From: Fidelibacterota bacterium
GTDB lineage: Bacteria; Fidelibacterota; Marinisomatia; SCGC-AAA003-L08; JACNLC01
Direction: 5' to 3'
Length of the DNA: 64,000 bases
NCBI GenBank assembly: GCA_014381725.1
Contig: JACNLC010000044.1
Location: 3,033 to 67,032, forward strand
Positions 32,448-42,124 of this stretch are shown piece after piece. The notes below the pieces were generated by a model, which was given only the letters and a program-made list of their open reading frames with translations, did no database searches and had not been told where the DNA came from. Made by a program: the position numbers and the translations under genes. Each line of letters opens with the position of its first letter. The stretch's first letter is position 1.

Positions 32448-34514
32448 TTGAAAAAATATTTAATATACATTATTGCGTCAATCTTCCTTATTGTTTTGTT
32501 TAGAGGATGTCTAGGTTGTTCCGCTCCACGAGAAATAAATATGAGCGATAAAACTAATGCAATATCTATTAAAGAATTTGATTATCCAGATGGTGCAGAT
32601 ACTACTGTTTCAGCAAAAGAAGGTGGAGCAAAATTTGATGAGTTGATAGATATTATTAATCAAAATAAAAACAATAATACTCTCTTAAAAGCTAAACTAG
32701 AAATTGCTGGTTTTGAGAATTTGGTTAAGTCCGATGATTATCAAAAGAAAATTGAATTCTTGTCTGGTTGGGAAACGCAACAGCTTGAGTCAAAAGGTTC
32801 TCCAAAAGCAAAAAAAGGTGGCAGACTTCGTGTTAGATTGTCCGAATTTCCTGCGTCAATACGAGTTTTAGGTAAAGATTCTAATTACGATGTTATAACT
32901 TACATTACGAGTTTTATGTATGAGAGTCTTCTTGGATTCAATAGCGAAACAATGGAATATACATCTGGCTTAGCAAGTCATTGGAAAATTTCTGATGATA
33001 ACTTAACATTTTGGTATAGAATTGATCCTAATGCAAGATGGGCAGATGGAATGCCAGTTACATCGGAAGATGTTGTAGAATCCTGGAAAATAAGAGTTGA
33101 TAAAGGGATTCAAGATCCATCAACAAATATGGTGTACAAGAATTTTCACGAACCAAAACCAATTAGTAAATATATTGTTGAGTTAAATGTTGATCAATCA
33201 AGTTGGAAGTGGTTTTTGTACTTTTCAACAACGGAAATTTTGCCTGCACATTATCTAAACAAAGTCACTGGTAAGGAATACTTAACTAAGTATCATTTTG
33301 ATATGATGCCAGGAACTGGTCCGTACGCTTTTGTTAAAGAAAAAATGCGAAAAGGAAAGAGTTTATCAATCAATAGAAGAAATGATTATTGGGCTAAAGA
33401 CTATCCTTCAAGCATTGGCACTAGTAATTTCGATGAGATCAAAATAATCATCGTTAAAGAAGATAGAATTGCACTCGAAAAATTCAAAAAAGGTGAGTTG
33501 GATATTTTTATTGTCGGTAGAGCTCAATGGTGGTACGAAGATTTCTTAAACAAAATTGATGACCCAAAATTTGATAATTTGAATCGTGGACTTATACAAA
33601 TGAGAAAAATCTTTAATTATAGTCCACACGGATTTTCCGGAATTGCTATGAATATGAGAAATAAGCCTTTTGATAATATCAACGTTCGTAAAGCATTTGC
33701 GATGTTATGGGATAGAGAAAAATTAATTAGAACAATGTTCTTTGATGAGTATTATCCGCTCGCGACTTATTTCCCAGTAGGAGATTATCAAGATAAAAAC
33801 AACAAACCAACGAAATTCGATATTGATAAAGCTATTGATATACTAAATGGAGAAGGTTGGGTGAGAAATGCTGATGGTTGGCTTGAAAATGAAGGTGATA
33901 TTTTTGAAATTGAACTTGGAATTGACCAATCATCAGAGAGGATATTTACTGTTTTACAAGAAGATTTAAAAAATGCTGGAGTTAAATTGAACATTAAAAA
34001 TATAACTCATCAAACAGTATTTAAAAATGTAATGAATGAAAGAAATTTTGACATCTATTACGGAGCTTGGACTGGGGGGTTCTTCCCTAATCCAAAATAT
34101 ATGTGGTATTCTGAGTATGGGAAACAACCAGGCACAGTTAATATCAATGGGTTTGAAGATGATAGAGTAGATGAAATTATTGAAGGGTTTGACAAAATGT
34201 TTGACGCTAAAGAACGAGTTCAAGCCATACGAGAAATTGATAAAATTTTATTGGATTATGTACCATACGCTTTAGGTTGGTATGCACCGTATAGTACTCG
34301 TTTCCTATTTTGGAATAAGTTTGGTTATCCAGACCACTATTTAGGTTATTCAGGTAATTGGAAATCCATATCGAGTTATTTTTGGTATGATTCTGAAAAA
34401 GCAGATAAACTAATTCGTGCAAAAAGTGATAAAACTTTGGAGTTTGAAAAACCAATTGTCAATGTTTTTTATGATGAAAATATGAAAGAAATGTTTGGGA
34501 AAGAGGACAAATAA
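32448..34514 (+). CDS. Peptide/nickel-type (family 5) ABC transporter substrate-binding lipoprotein
   Basis: 688 aa. Signal plus Cys (LFRGCLGC). SBP_bac_5-like layout, long YejA/MbnE-like form. First gene of a five-gene transporter cluster. TTG start. Confidence 0.8.
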   Translation: MKKYLIYIIASIFLIVLFRGCLGCSAPREINMSDKTNAISIKEFDYPDGADTTVSAKEGGAKFDELIDIINQNKNNNTLLKAKLEIAGFENLVKSDDYQKKIEFLSGWETQQLESKGSPKAKKGGRLRVRLSEFPASIRVLGKDSNYDVITYITSFMYESLLGFNSETMEYTSGLASHWKISDDNLTFWYRIDPNARWADGMPVTSEDVVESWKIRVDKGIQDPSTNMVYKNFHEPKPISKYIVELNVDQSSWKWFLYFSTTEILPAHYLNKVTGKEYLTKYHFDMMPGTGPYAFVKEKMRKGKSLSINRRNDYWAKDYPSSIGTSNFDEIKIIIVKEDRIALEKFKKGELDIFIVGRAQWWYEDFLNKIDDPKFDNLNRGLIQMRKIFNYSPHGFSGIAMNMRNKPFDNINVRKAFAMLWDREKLIRTMFFDEYYPLATYFPVGDYQDKNNKPTKFDIDKAIDILNGEGWVRNADGWLENEGDIFEIELGIDQSSERIFTVLQEDLKNAGVKLNIKNITHQTVFKNVMNERNFDIYYGAWTGGFFPNPKYMWYSEYGKQPGTVNINGFEDDRVDEIIEGFDKMFDAKERVQAIREIDKILLDYVPYALGWYAPYSTRFLFWNKFGYPDHYLGYSGNWKSISSYFWYDSEKADKLIRAKSDKTLEFEKPIVNVFYDENMKEMFGKEDK

Positions 34515-35798
34515 ATGACTACTTATATCATTCGAAGATTATTATTAATGATTCCGACTTTTATATTGGCAACTGCATTAGCTTTTACGGTTCTCCAATT
34601 AGTTCCAAGTGGACCTTACGAAGAAGAATTGATGAAACTTCATTCTCAATTAATGATGAGTGGAGAAGCTGGAGGAATGGGTGTTTCTGATGTTGGTTCT
34701 GCTCCGGGAGAAATTCCAGAAGAAGCCAAGCAGATGATTAAAGAATATTATGGATTGGACAAACCAGCGGTAGTTAGATATTTCAATTGGCTAGGATTAT
34801 GGCCAAAAGAAATGGAACAGAATCTTGTTACTTTTAAAGAAGGTCAGTCAATCGCTGAATATCGTTTGGGTTTCGAAAATTATCTTCGAGTGGAAAAAAA
34901 TGGTGATAACACTGCAATAGTTTATGAAAATATAGAAAATGAATGGGTAGAAAGTGACGCTTGGAAAACTAAATTAGTAGCTCCTACAGAAGAGGGAGCT
35001 TCGACTAATGTAAAAATCTATAAAACAGCTTTTGCTGGCATTCTAACAGGTAATTTAGGAGACTCGTGGAAGTACCATGAACCAGTATGGAATTTGATAA
35101 AGCAAAGGATTCATATATCAGCATATTTTGGTTTAGTTAGTTTTTTGCTATCTTATTTGGTTTGTATTCCTTTGGGGATTTGGAAAGCAATTAAACACGG
35201 TTCTAAATTTGATGTGGCATCAAGTGTCGCTGTTTTTGTTGGATATTCAACACCAGGATTTTTGCTTGGCTCGTTGCTGTTAATCATCTACGGTGGAGGT
35301 TCAATGTACGATGTTTTTCCGCTTGGCGAATTTAGGTCGGAACATTGGGAATATTTGACAACTTGGGAAAAAATTAACGACCAATTGCATCACTCAACTT
35401 TGGTTATTATTACTTATATGGTTGGTGCATTTGCATCATTAACAGTTTTGATGAAAAATTCTCTGTTAGAAAATTTAAGTCAAGATTATGTTAGAACTGC
35501 ATTTGCAAAAGGATTATCAGAACGAAGAGTTATTTTCTATCACACTGTTAGAAATTCACTCATTCCACTTGCAACTGGAATTGGTGGTTTGTTAGGAATT
35601 TGGCTTGCAGGTTCTTATCTTGTTGAAAAAATATTTAATATAGATGGAATTGGAATGTTGAGTTATACCGCAATTTTGACTCGAGATTATCCAATTATTT
35701 TAGGTTTCTTAGCCATTGGATTGTCAATTCGATTACTCGGGAATTTAATATCAGATATGACTTATGCAGCAATTGACCCAAGAATTAGGTTTAAATAA
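34515..35798 (+). CDS. ABC transporter permease (OppB/YejB-like)
   Basis: 427 aa. N-terminus YIIRRLLLMIPTFILAT and the EAA-region YVRTAFAKGLSERRVIFYHTVRNSLIPL are typical of the DppB/OppB family. Carries an extended periplasmic insert. Confidence 0.88.
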   Translation: MTTYIIRRLLLMIPTFILATALAFTVLQLVPSGPYEEELMKLHSQLMMSGEAGGMGVSDVGSAPGEIPEEAKQMIKEYYGLDKPAVVRYFNWLGLWPKEMEQNLVTFKEGQSIAEYRLGFENYLRVEKNGDNTAIVYENIENEWVESDAWKTKLVAPTEEGASTNVKIYKTAFAGILTGNLGDSWKYHEPVWNLIKQRIHISAYFGLVSFLLSYLVCIPLGIWKAIKHGSKFDVASSVAVFVGYSTPGFLLGSLLLIIYGGGSMYDVFPLGEFRSEHWEYLTTWEKINDQLHHSTLVIITYMVGAFASLTVLMKNSLLENLSQDYVRTAFAKGLSERRVIFYHTVRNSLIPLATGIGGLLGIWLAGSYLVEKIFNIDGIGMLSYTAILTRDYPIILGFLAIGLSIRLLGNLISDMTYAAIDPRIRFK

Positions 35799-35803
35799 AA
35801 ATT

Positions 35804-36859
35804 ATGAAAAAAGAAAAACAACTATCACAATCAATTCTCAGAAAACGGCTGAGAAAATTCAAGTCAATTAAAAGAGGATATTACTCTCTTTGGATTATTG
35901 TAATTTTGTATATTCTTGCAGAATTAACACCAATTTTGATTACAAATAAACCACTATTAGTTCGATATAATGAGGAGTTTTATTTTCCATTAGCCAAAGC
36001 TTATAGTGCATCAACTTTTGGTGTTGAATCACACGGTGAGCCAAATTATCGTGAGCTGGATAAAATATTTGCTGAGCAAGATGGAAACTGGGCAATTATG
36101 CCATTGTACCCTTATCATCCAAACGAAAGTTTATTGAGCGAGTTATCGCCAAATGTTCCACCAACTGCACCAACATTTCAGCATTTATTTGGGACTGACA
36201 ATAGAGGGCGAGATGTATTTGCACGATTAGTTTACGGATTCAAATATTCAATTCGGTTTGCAATAATCGTAACTACTATTTCATACATTTTAGGAATTAT
36301 TGTAGGTGCAACGCTAGGTTTTTTTGGAAAGAAAATCGATATATTGGGCCAGAGAATTATTGAGATATTTTCCTCAATCCCATTTTTATTTATGATTATC
36401 ATTATTCGTGAGTCATTAAAAGAACCACCGGGTTTCTTGGGATTAGCATTTATCCTATCCGCATTTGGGTGGATGGGAATGACATACTATATTCGCGGAG
36501 AGTTTTACAGAGAAAAAGCAAAAGACTATGTTTCTGCAGCTGTTTCTATGGGAGCTTCAAATCGACAAGTAATGTTTAAGCATATTCTTCCCAATGCACT
36601 AACACCTGTAATTACATTTGCTCCATTTGCAATTGTTGGAGCTATTTTTTCTCTTGTATCACTAGACTTTTTAGGGTTTGGATTAGTTCCTCCAACTCCA
36701 AGTTGGGGGGAAATTGCCAATCAAGGAATAAGTGAATTTAGATATTGGTTGATTGGAGCACCAATGCTTGCAACGTTTACAACATTATTGTTAATCACAT
36801 TTATTGGGGAAGCAATTAGAGAGGCATTTGACCCGAAAGTGTATTCAAGGTTGAGATAA
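35804..36859 (+). CDS. ABC transporter permease (OppC/YejE-like)
   Basis: 351 aa. HLFGTDNRGRDVFARLVYG and the BPD_transp_1 core (YVSAAVSMGASNRQVMFKHILPNALTPV). Confidence 0.88.
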   Translation: MKKEKQLSQSILRKRLRKFKSIKRGYYSLWIIVILYILAELTPILITNKPLLVRYNEEFYFPLAKAYSASTFGVESHGEPNYRELDKIFAEQDGNWAIMPLYPYHPNESLLSELSPNVPPTAPTFQHLFGTDNRGRDVFARLVYGFKYSIRFAIIVTTISYILGIIVGATLGFFGKKIDILGQRIIEIFSSIPFLFMIIIIRESLKEPPGFLGLAFILSAFGWMGMTYYIRGEFYREKAKDYVSAAVSMGASNRQVMFKHILPNALTPVITFAPFAIVGAIFSLVSLDFLGFGLVPPTPSWGEIANQGISEFRYWLIGAPMLATFTTLLLITFIGEAIREAFDPKVYSRLR

Positions 36860-36865
36860 GACCGG

Positions 36866-36889
36866 GTTATTTAGTTACTGGGTTAAAGA
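36866..36889. repeat. Three degenerate 8-nt-periodic units (GTTA every 8 nt), inverted relative to the 37066-37097 array
   Basis: GTTA at 36866, 36874 and 36882. Positions 36866-36885 match the reverse complement of 37076-37095 at 16 of 20 positions. Confidence 0.6.
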
Positions 36890-36893
36890 AAAT

Positions 36894-37022
36894 ATGCAGT
36901 TTTACAGAATAGCTCGAGGTTCATTAGCTGAAACATTGGAGCATTTAATTTGTGCTAGTGACGAAAACTACATTAACAATGAGATTTATAAAAATAATAG
37001 GGAGAAAATTGAATTAAGTTAA
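36894..37022 (+). pseudogene. 5'-truncated remnant of a four-helix-bundle protein gene (23S rRNA intervening-sequence protein family)
   Basis: The 42-codon ORF MQFYRIARGSLAETLEHLICASDENYINNEIYKNNREKIELS matches only the C-terminal third of this roughly 115-125 aa family (conserved F..iA.GSl.E....l..a....Yi). It sits in the 242-nt gap between the permease and ATPase genes. Confidence 0.6.
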
Positions 37023-37065
37023 AAATATTAAATGGTTATATTGCATATCATAAAATGCTAATTCG

Positions 37066-37097
37066 AATAACTTAATAACTCAATGACTTAATAACTT
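37066..37097. repeat. Four tandem octamers AATAACTT/AATAACTC/AATGACTT/AATAACTT
   Basis: Read directly from the sequence. The array ends 4 nt before the ATG at 37102. Confidence 0.85.
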
Positions 37098-37101
37098 AAT
37101 T

Positions 37102-38088
37102 ATGAAAAACAAACTATTTGAAATCAAAGATTTAAAAACTTACTTCTATACAGAAGCCGGAACTGCGAAAGCTGTTGATGGAGTGTCATTCGATATTTTC
37201 AAAGGGGAAGTCCTTGGTATCGTAGGTGAATCTGGTTCTGGGAAATCCGTAACTTCTTTGTCAATAAATCGACTCATACCAAACCCACCTGGGGAGATTG
37301 TTGAAGGTGAAATTGTGTACGGGAATAAAAATCTGTTAGAGCTTAGTTACGATGAAATGCGCGAATATCGCGGTAAAGATATCGCGATGATTTTCCAAGA
37401 ACCTATGACATCGCTCAATCCTGTATTCAAAATTAATATGCAAATGAATGAAGTGTTAATGAAACACGAGGGATTGTCTTGGGATGAAGCATCAAAACGA
37501 AGTATTGAAATGTTAGATGCTGTTGGTATGCCTGACCCAGAAAAACGGATGAACGATTATCCACATCAATTTTCTGGAGGTATGCGGCAACGAGTGATGA
37601 TAGCAATGGCACTACTTTGTAATCCAGCTCTCTTAATTGCAGATGAGCCCACAACTGCACTTGATGTTACAATTCAAGCACAAATATTAGACTTGATGGT
37701 GAAAATGAAAGAAAAGCGGAAAGATGCTGCTATTCTTCTAATCACACACGACCTTGCTGTTATAGCAGAAACTTGTGAACGAGTAATTGTGATGTACGGT
37801 GGGAAAATCCAAGAAATTGCAAATGTTGATGAATTATTCGAAAACCCATCACATCCTTATACAAAAGGATTGATGAATTCAATTCCACATCCAGATTCAG
37901 CAGATAAAAAAGATCGATTACAGGCAATTCGTGGTACAGTTCCACCAATTATGAAAATGCCTGACGGATGTAAATTTTGCACTCGTTGCGACGATGTGTT
38001 AGATAAATGTAAAACTGAAGAACCAGATTTACTCGAAATCAAAAAAAACCATTTTGTAAGATGTCATTTATTTGGAGATAAAGCGTAG
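37102..38088 (+). CDS. ABC transporter ATP-binding protein (OppD/DppD-like)
   Basis: 328 aa. Walker A GESGSGKS, signature FSGGMRQR, Walker [13 protein letters not shown], and a C-terminal oligopeptide-type extension with Cys residues. Confidence 0.92.
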   Translation: MKNKLFEIKDLKTYFYTEAGTAKAVDGVSFDIFKGEVLGIVGESGSGKSVTSLSINRLIPNPPGEIVEGEIVYGNKNLLELSYDEMREYRGKDIAMIFQEPMTSLNPVFKINMQMNEVLMKHEGLSWDEASKRSIEMLDAVGMPDPEKRMNDYPHQFSGGMRQRVMIAMALLCNPALLIADEPTTALDVTIQAQILDLMVKMKEKRKDAAILLITHDLAVIAETCERVIVMYGGKIQEIANVDELFENPSHPYTKGLMNSIPHPDSADKKDRLQAIRGTVPPIMKMPDGCKFCTRCDDVLDKCKTEEPDLLEIKKNHFVRCHLFGDKA

Positions 38089-38093
38089 TCATT

Positions 38094-39110
38094 ATGAGCA
38101 AAAACCCAATTCTTAAAGTTAGAGATCTGAAAGTTCGTTTTCCACTTTTTGGTGGAGTGTTTCAACGAAAAGTGGCTGAAGTAAAAGCTGTTGACGGAAT
38201 ATCCTTCGATGTTTATCCAAGCGAAACAATAGGTATTGTTGGCGAATCCGGTTGTGGCAAATCAACTGTTGGTAAAGCAATAATCAATGTTCTAAGACTA
38301 ACAGCTCCTGATGTTGAAATAGAAGGACAAGTTTTGCTAGATGTTGATGGTCAATATGTTGATCTATTGGCTCTAAGCAAAAAGGAAATGTTAAAGTATC
38401 GTTCAGCTATTCAAATGATTTTCCAAGATCCGTTTTCATCACTTAATCCAAGAATGATTGTTGGTGATATAATTCAAGAACCATTGGATTTACACACTAA
38501 ACTAACAAAAGCAGAGAAAGATGAAAAGGTTGCGTGGTTGTTGGATAAGGTTGGACTTACAGCCGAACAAGCAACTAGATATCCACACGAATTTTCCGGA
38601 GGTCAACGGCAAAGAATTGGTATTGCTCGTTCGTTAGCAGCAAATCCAAGATTGATTATTGCTGATGAGCCAGTATCAGCTTTGGATGTTTCAATCCAAG
38701 CTCAAGTAATTAATTTGATGATGGATTTGCAGGAGGAATTTAATTTATCATTAATATTTATTGCACACGATTTATCTGTTGTTGAGCACATTTCTAGCAG
38801 AATTGGTGTAATGTATTTGGGAAGTATGGTAGAAGTTGGCGATGGTGAAGATGTCTATTATCGCTCTAAACATCCATACACCAAAAGTTTATTATCTGCA
38901 GTTCCTTTACCAAATCCAAAACTTAAAAATAAAAGAGATCGAATAGTATTGCAAGGGGATGTTCCTTCTCCTATGGCAAAACCGAGTGGTTGCGGATTTA
39001 GAACCCGTTGCCCAATTGCAAAACCAGAATGTGCTAAATCAATTCCTGAGATTGTTGATGTTGATAATGGACATCAAGTGGCTTGTCCATATTGGGAAGA
39101 AAAGTTTTAG
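38094..39110 (+). CDS. ABC transporter ATP-binding protein (OppF/DppF-like)
   Basis: 338 aa. Walker A GESGCGKST, signature FSGGQRQR, Walker B LIIADEPVSALD. Confidence 0.92.
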   Translation: MSKNPILKVRDLKVRFPLFGGVFQRKVAEVKAVDGISFDVYPSETIGIVGESGCGKSTVGKAIINVLRLTAPDVEIEGQVLLDVDGQYVDLLALSKKEMLKYRSAIQMIFQDPFSSLNPRMIVGDIIQEPLDLHTKLTKAEKDEKVAWLLDKVGLTAEQATRYPHEFSGGQRQRIGIARSLAANPRLIIADEPVSALDVSIQAQVINLMMDLQEEFNLSLIFIAHDLSVVEHISSRIGVMYLGSMVEVGDGEDVYYRSKHPYTKSLLSAVPLPNPKLKNKRDRIVLQGDVPSPMAKPSGCGFRTRCPIAKPECAKSIPEIVDVDNGHQVACPYWEEKF

Positions 39111-39127
39111 TAATGTAATAATAAGCT

Positions 39128-39160
39128 ACAAACCACGAATGAAAAGTGGTTTGTTTACTA
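39128..39160 (+). terminator. Probable terminator of the ABC transporter operon
   Basis: 9-bp stem ACAAACCAC/GTGGTTTGT with a 9-nt loop. The T-tract (TTTACTATT) is weak. Confidence 0.45.
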
Positions 39161-39332
39161 TTGCTATTCAATAATTAGAGCTGGCCGAGTCTTTCACCAC
39201 AATTTACATTTTTAATTTCAAGATAGAATCTTTTTACTATCTCTTTTTGGATTATTATACAAATTCTTCATTTTCAGCCGAAAAATAATTTCTCTTTTAA
39301 CTTGCACACCAAATAACAATGCCTGTAAATTT

Positions 39333-39357
39333 ATACAGGACTAAATGAGTCGTATTA
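39333..39357 (+). promoter_or_regulatory. Candidate IscR type-1 operator overlapping the iscR promoter/5' UTR
   Basis: ATACAGGACTAAATGAGTCGTATTA contains the GACT-N5-AGTC core and leading ATA of the E. coli type-1 consensus ATASYYGACTRWWWYAGTCRRSTAT. It ends 8 nt before the iscR ATG. A possible TTGCAC (39302-39307) / TAAATT (39326-39331) promoter lies upstream. Confidence 0.45.
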
Positions 39358-39364
39358 GCAGATT

Positions 39365-39763
39365 ATGTTAAAACTAACAAAAAGAACAGAATATGCGTTA
39401 ACTGCTCTTTCTCATATGCAATCGCAAGGAGAAGGCGAGTTAACAACAGCTCGGGAGATTTCTGAAAAATATAGTATTTCCTTTCAGTTATTATCAAAAA
39501 TACTACAACATCTTTCAAAGGAAAATCTAATCAAGCCAATTCAAGGAGCGAAAGGTGGTTACAAACTAATCACTGATCTAACGGAAATCAGTTTATGGCA
39601 ATTTTTGGAAATGATGGAAGGTCCACTCGGTTTAGTGGATTGTATCATCACCTCAGAATGTCAAAAAATGGATGGTTGTGTGATTTTGTCCCCAATACAC
39701 AAAATTAATAAAACAGTTCAGAATATATTTATGAATATCCCTATTAGCGATATTACGAATTAA
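39365..39763 (+). CDS. iscR: Rrf2-family Fe-S cluster regulator IscR
   Basis: 132 aa. N-terminal wHTH ([15 protein letters not shown]...). Cluster-ligand pattern C-x5-C-x5-C ([13 protein letters not shown]) plus a downstream His. First gene of the isc operon. Confidence 0.85.
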   Translation: MLKLTKRTEYALTALSHMQSQGEGELTTAREISEKYSISFQLLSKILQHLSKENLIKPIQGAKGGYKLITDLTEISLWQFLEMMEGPLGLVDCIITSECQKMDGCVILSPIHKINKTVQNIFMNIPISDITN

Positions 39764-39770
39764 GGATTTT

Positions 39771-40979
39771 ATGAAGAAAATTTATTTAGATTATCATTCT
39801 ACAACACCAGTTGACCCCATAGTACTTGATGAGATGCTTCCCTATTTTTCTGAGAAATTTGGGAATGCTGCTAGTCGTAATCATGCTTACGGTTGGGAAG
39901 CAGAAGAAGCCGTAGATATTGCTCGGGAGAAAATTGCTGACCTTATCTGTGCTACATCACGAGAAATTATTTTTACTAGCGGAGCTACTGAATCAAACAA
40001 TTTGGCAATCAAGGGAATTGCACAAATGTTCCGTGAAAAAGGGAATCATATTATCACGGTCAAAACCGAACATAAAGCAGTGTTGGATACTTGCAAAGCT
40101 TTAGAACGGGACGGATTTGATGTTACTTATTTACCTGTAGAAAAAAATGGATTACTCAATCTCGATAAACTGAAATCTGCAATTACAAATAAAACCATTT
40201 TGATTTCAGTAATGCACGCAAATAATGAAATTGGTGTCATTCAACCAGTTACAGAAATCGGAGAAATCTGTAAAGAACACGGAGTCTTTTTCCACTGCGA
40301 TGCTGCTCAATCTATCGGTAAAATCCCAATTGATGTAAACGAAATGGGAATTGATCTGCTGTCGATATCTGGACATAAAATCTACGGACCGAAAGGAATT
40401 GGTGCGTTGTATGTCCGAAGGAAAAACCCTCGTGTTCGATTAAAATCTCAAATTGACGGTGGTGGGCACGAACGAGGAATGCGTTCTGGAACGCTCCCAA
40501 CTCCGATAATTGTAGGATTAGGCAAATCTTGTGAGTTAGCTGGTAAATTGTTGGAAGAAGAAAATACTCGACTAAAATCACTAAGAGACAAACTCTACAA
40601 AGGGATTTCATCTCAACTTCCACAAATAATTTTGAATGGCGACACCACAAATCGATTACCGGGAAATTTGAATTTGAGTTTTGCGTATGTTGAAGGTGAA
40701 TCGCTTATTATGAGTTTACCAAATATTGCTCTTTCGAGTGGGTCTGCTTGCACTTCTGCTAGTTTAGAACCATCGTATGTGATAAAAGCACTCGGAGTTA
40801 GTGAAGATTTGGCACATTCTTCAATTCGTTTTGGATTGGGAAGATTTACAACAGAAGAAGAAATTGATGTTACAATAGAAAGCGTAGTAAAAGCTGTGAA
40901 TCGGTTGAGAGAGATGTCACCATTATGGGAGATGGCTCAAGAAGGTATTGATTTGAACAGCGTAAAATGGAGTGAGTAA
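39771..40979 (+). CDS. iscS: Cysteine desulfurase IscS
   Basis: 402 aa. [18 protein letters not shown] (PLP Lys), SSGSACTS (catalytic Cys loop) and an IscS-type C-terminus SPLWEM...GIDLNSVKW. Confidence 0.95.
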   Translation: MKKIYLDYHSTTPVDPIVLDEMLPYFSEKFGNAASRNHAYGWEAEEAVDIAREKIADLICATSREIIFTSGATESNNLAIKGIAQMFREKGNHIITVKTEHKAVLDTCKALERDGFDVTYLPVEKNGLLNLDKLKSAITNKTILISVMHANNEIGVIQPVTEIGEICKEHGVFFHCDAAQSIGKIPIDVNEMGIDLLSISGHKIYGPKGIGALYVRRKNPRVRLKSQIDGGGHERGMRSGTLPTPIIVGLGKSCELAGKLLEEENTRLKSLRDKLYKGISSQLPQIILNGDTTNRLPGNLNLSFAYVEGESLIMSLPNIALSSGSACTSASLEPSYVIKALGVSEDLAHSSIRFGLGRFTTEEEIDVTIESVVKAVNRLREMSPLWEMAQEGIDLNSVKWSE

Positions 40980-41039
40980 TTGAGGTGAAAGTTTTTACTC
41001 CAGCTACCTACTCAACGCTGTTAAAGGAGGAATTTAATT

Positions 41040-41417
41040 ATGGCATATTCTAAAAAAGTAGTTGAACATTTTACTGACCCGAAAAATATGGGGTCAATGG
41101 ATAAAGAAGATGACAATGTTGGAACAGGAATTGTTGGAGCACCGGAATGTGGCGATGTGATGAAACTTCAACTCAAAATCGAAGAAGGTATTATACAAGA
41201 TGCAAAATTCAAAACATTTGGTTGTGGTAGTGCGATTGCGAGCTCAAGCTATATAACTGAACTTGTAAAAGGGATGTCTGTTGAAGATGCCCAAAAAGTA
41301 AAAAATACAGAAATTGTGGACGAACTTTCTCTTCCACCAATAAAAGTTCACTGTTCAGTACTGGCAGAAGACGGAATCAAAGCCGCATTGGCAGATTATG
41401 AGAAAAAGAAAAAATAG
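41040..41417 (+). CDS. iscU: Fe-S cluster scaffold IscU
   Basis: 125 aa. Near-collinear with E. coli IscU as I recall it: GAPECGDVMKLQ, FKTFGCGSAIASSS, LPPIKVHCSVLAED. Confidence 0.95.
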   Translation: MAYSKKVVEHFTDPKNMGSMDKEDDNVGTGIVGAPECGDVMKLQLKIEEGIIQDAKFKTFGCGSAIASSSYITELVKGMSVEDAQKVKNTEIVDELSLPPIKVHCSVLAEDGIKAALADYEKKKK

Positions 41418-41429
41418 AAAGGAATAACA

Positions 41430-41768
41430 ATGTCAAAAATAAATGAAGAACAAGTAATAGAAGTGTTAAAACAGTGTTTAGACCCGGAAATCCCAATTGA
41501 TTTATGGAATCTTGGATTGATTTATAGTATCAAAATAAATGATGCAGAATCGGGTAATTCCAATGTTGATATCACAATGACACTCACTACTCCAGGATGT
41601 CATATGGGAAGTTATATGGCAAACGATATCAAAACTAAGCTCGAGGGTTTGGACTCAGTTGATCTTGCTACAGTTCAAGTAGTATTTGACCCAGTTTGGA
41701 CACCAGATATGATGACTGATGAAGCTCGAGAACGACTCGGTTTCAAAAAGCCACCAGCTGAGGAATAA
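41430..41768 (+). CDS. DUF59 / MIP18-family Fe-S assembly protein (SUF-associated type)
   Basis: 112 aa. LDPEIPIDLWNLGLIY...MTLTTPGCHMG...VFDPVWTPDMMTDEARERLGF is the classic DUF59 pattern. Confidence 0.85.
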   Translation: MSKINEEQVIEVLKQCLDPEIPIDLWNLGLIYSIKINDAESGNSNVDITMTLTTPGCHMGSYMANDIKTKLEGLDSVDLATVQVVFDPVWTPDMMTDEARERLGFKKPPAEE

Positions 41769-41770
41769 CA

Positions 41771-42124
41771 ATGTCAGACAATAAAACACCCGAAACTGCT
41801 GATATCCAAATCACGGAGAAAGCCGCAAATCGTGTAAAGGCAATTCTCAAATCCGAAGGCAAAGAAGACCACGCATTACGGATTTCTGTAATTGGTGGCG
41901 GATGCTCCGGTATGTCTTACAATATGTCGTTTGACGATAATCTTGGAGAGTTTGACAAAGTCTATGAAATTCAAGGCGTGAAAATTTATTGTGACTTAAA
42001 AAGCTGGCTGTATCTCAAAGGAACTACTGTAGATTTTTCTGATGATATTTTGTCAGGTGGATTTAAAATTAACAATCCAAACGCATCTAGAACCTGCGGT
42101 TGCGGAACAAGTTTTTCTGTATAA
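41771..42124 (+). CDS. iscA: A-type Fe-S carrier (IscA/ErpA/HesB family)
   Basis: 117 aa. GGGCSG plus the C-terminal CGCGTSF cysteine triad. Confidence 0.9.
   Translation: MSDNKTPETADIQITEKAANRVKAILKSEGKEDHALRISVIGGGCSGMSYNMSFDDNLGEFDKVYEIQGVKIYCDLKSWLYLKGTTVDFSDDILSGGFKINNPNASRTCGCGTSFSV

Noticed and set aside
37066-37097. Possible CRISPR or minisatellite interpretation of the octamer array. The 49-nt repeat at 364-412/628-676 was considered in the same way.
   Set aside because: The octamers are contiguous with no spacers and far too short. The 49-nt repeat lies in frame inside a duplicated protein module. No cas genes are present.
38959-39174. 71-aa plus-strand ORF spanning the end of the second ATPase gene and the terminator
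   Set aside because: It is an out-of-frame overlap with a well-supported ABC ATPase CDS, and it runs through the terminator hairpin.
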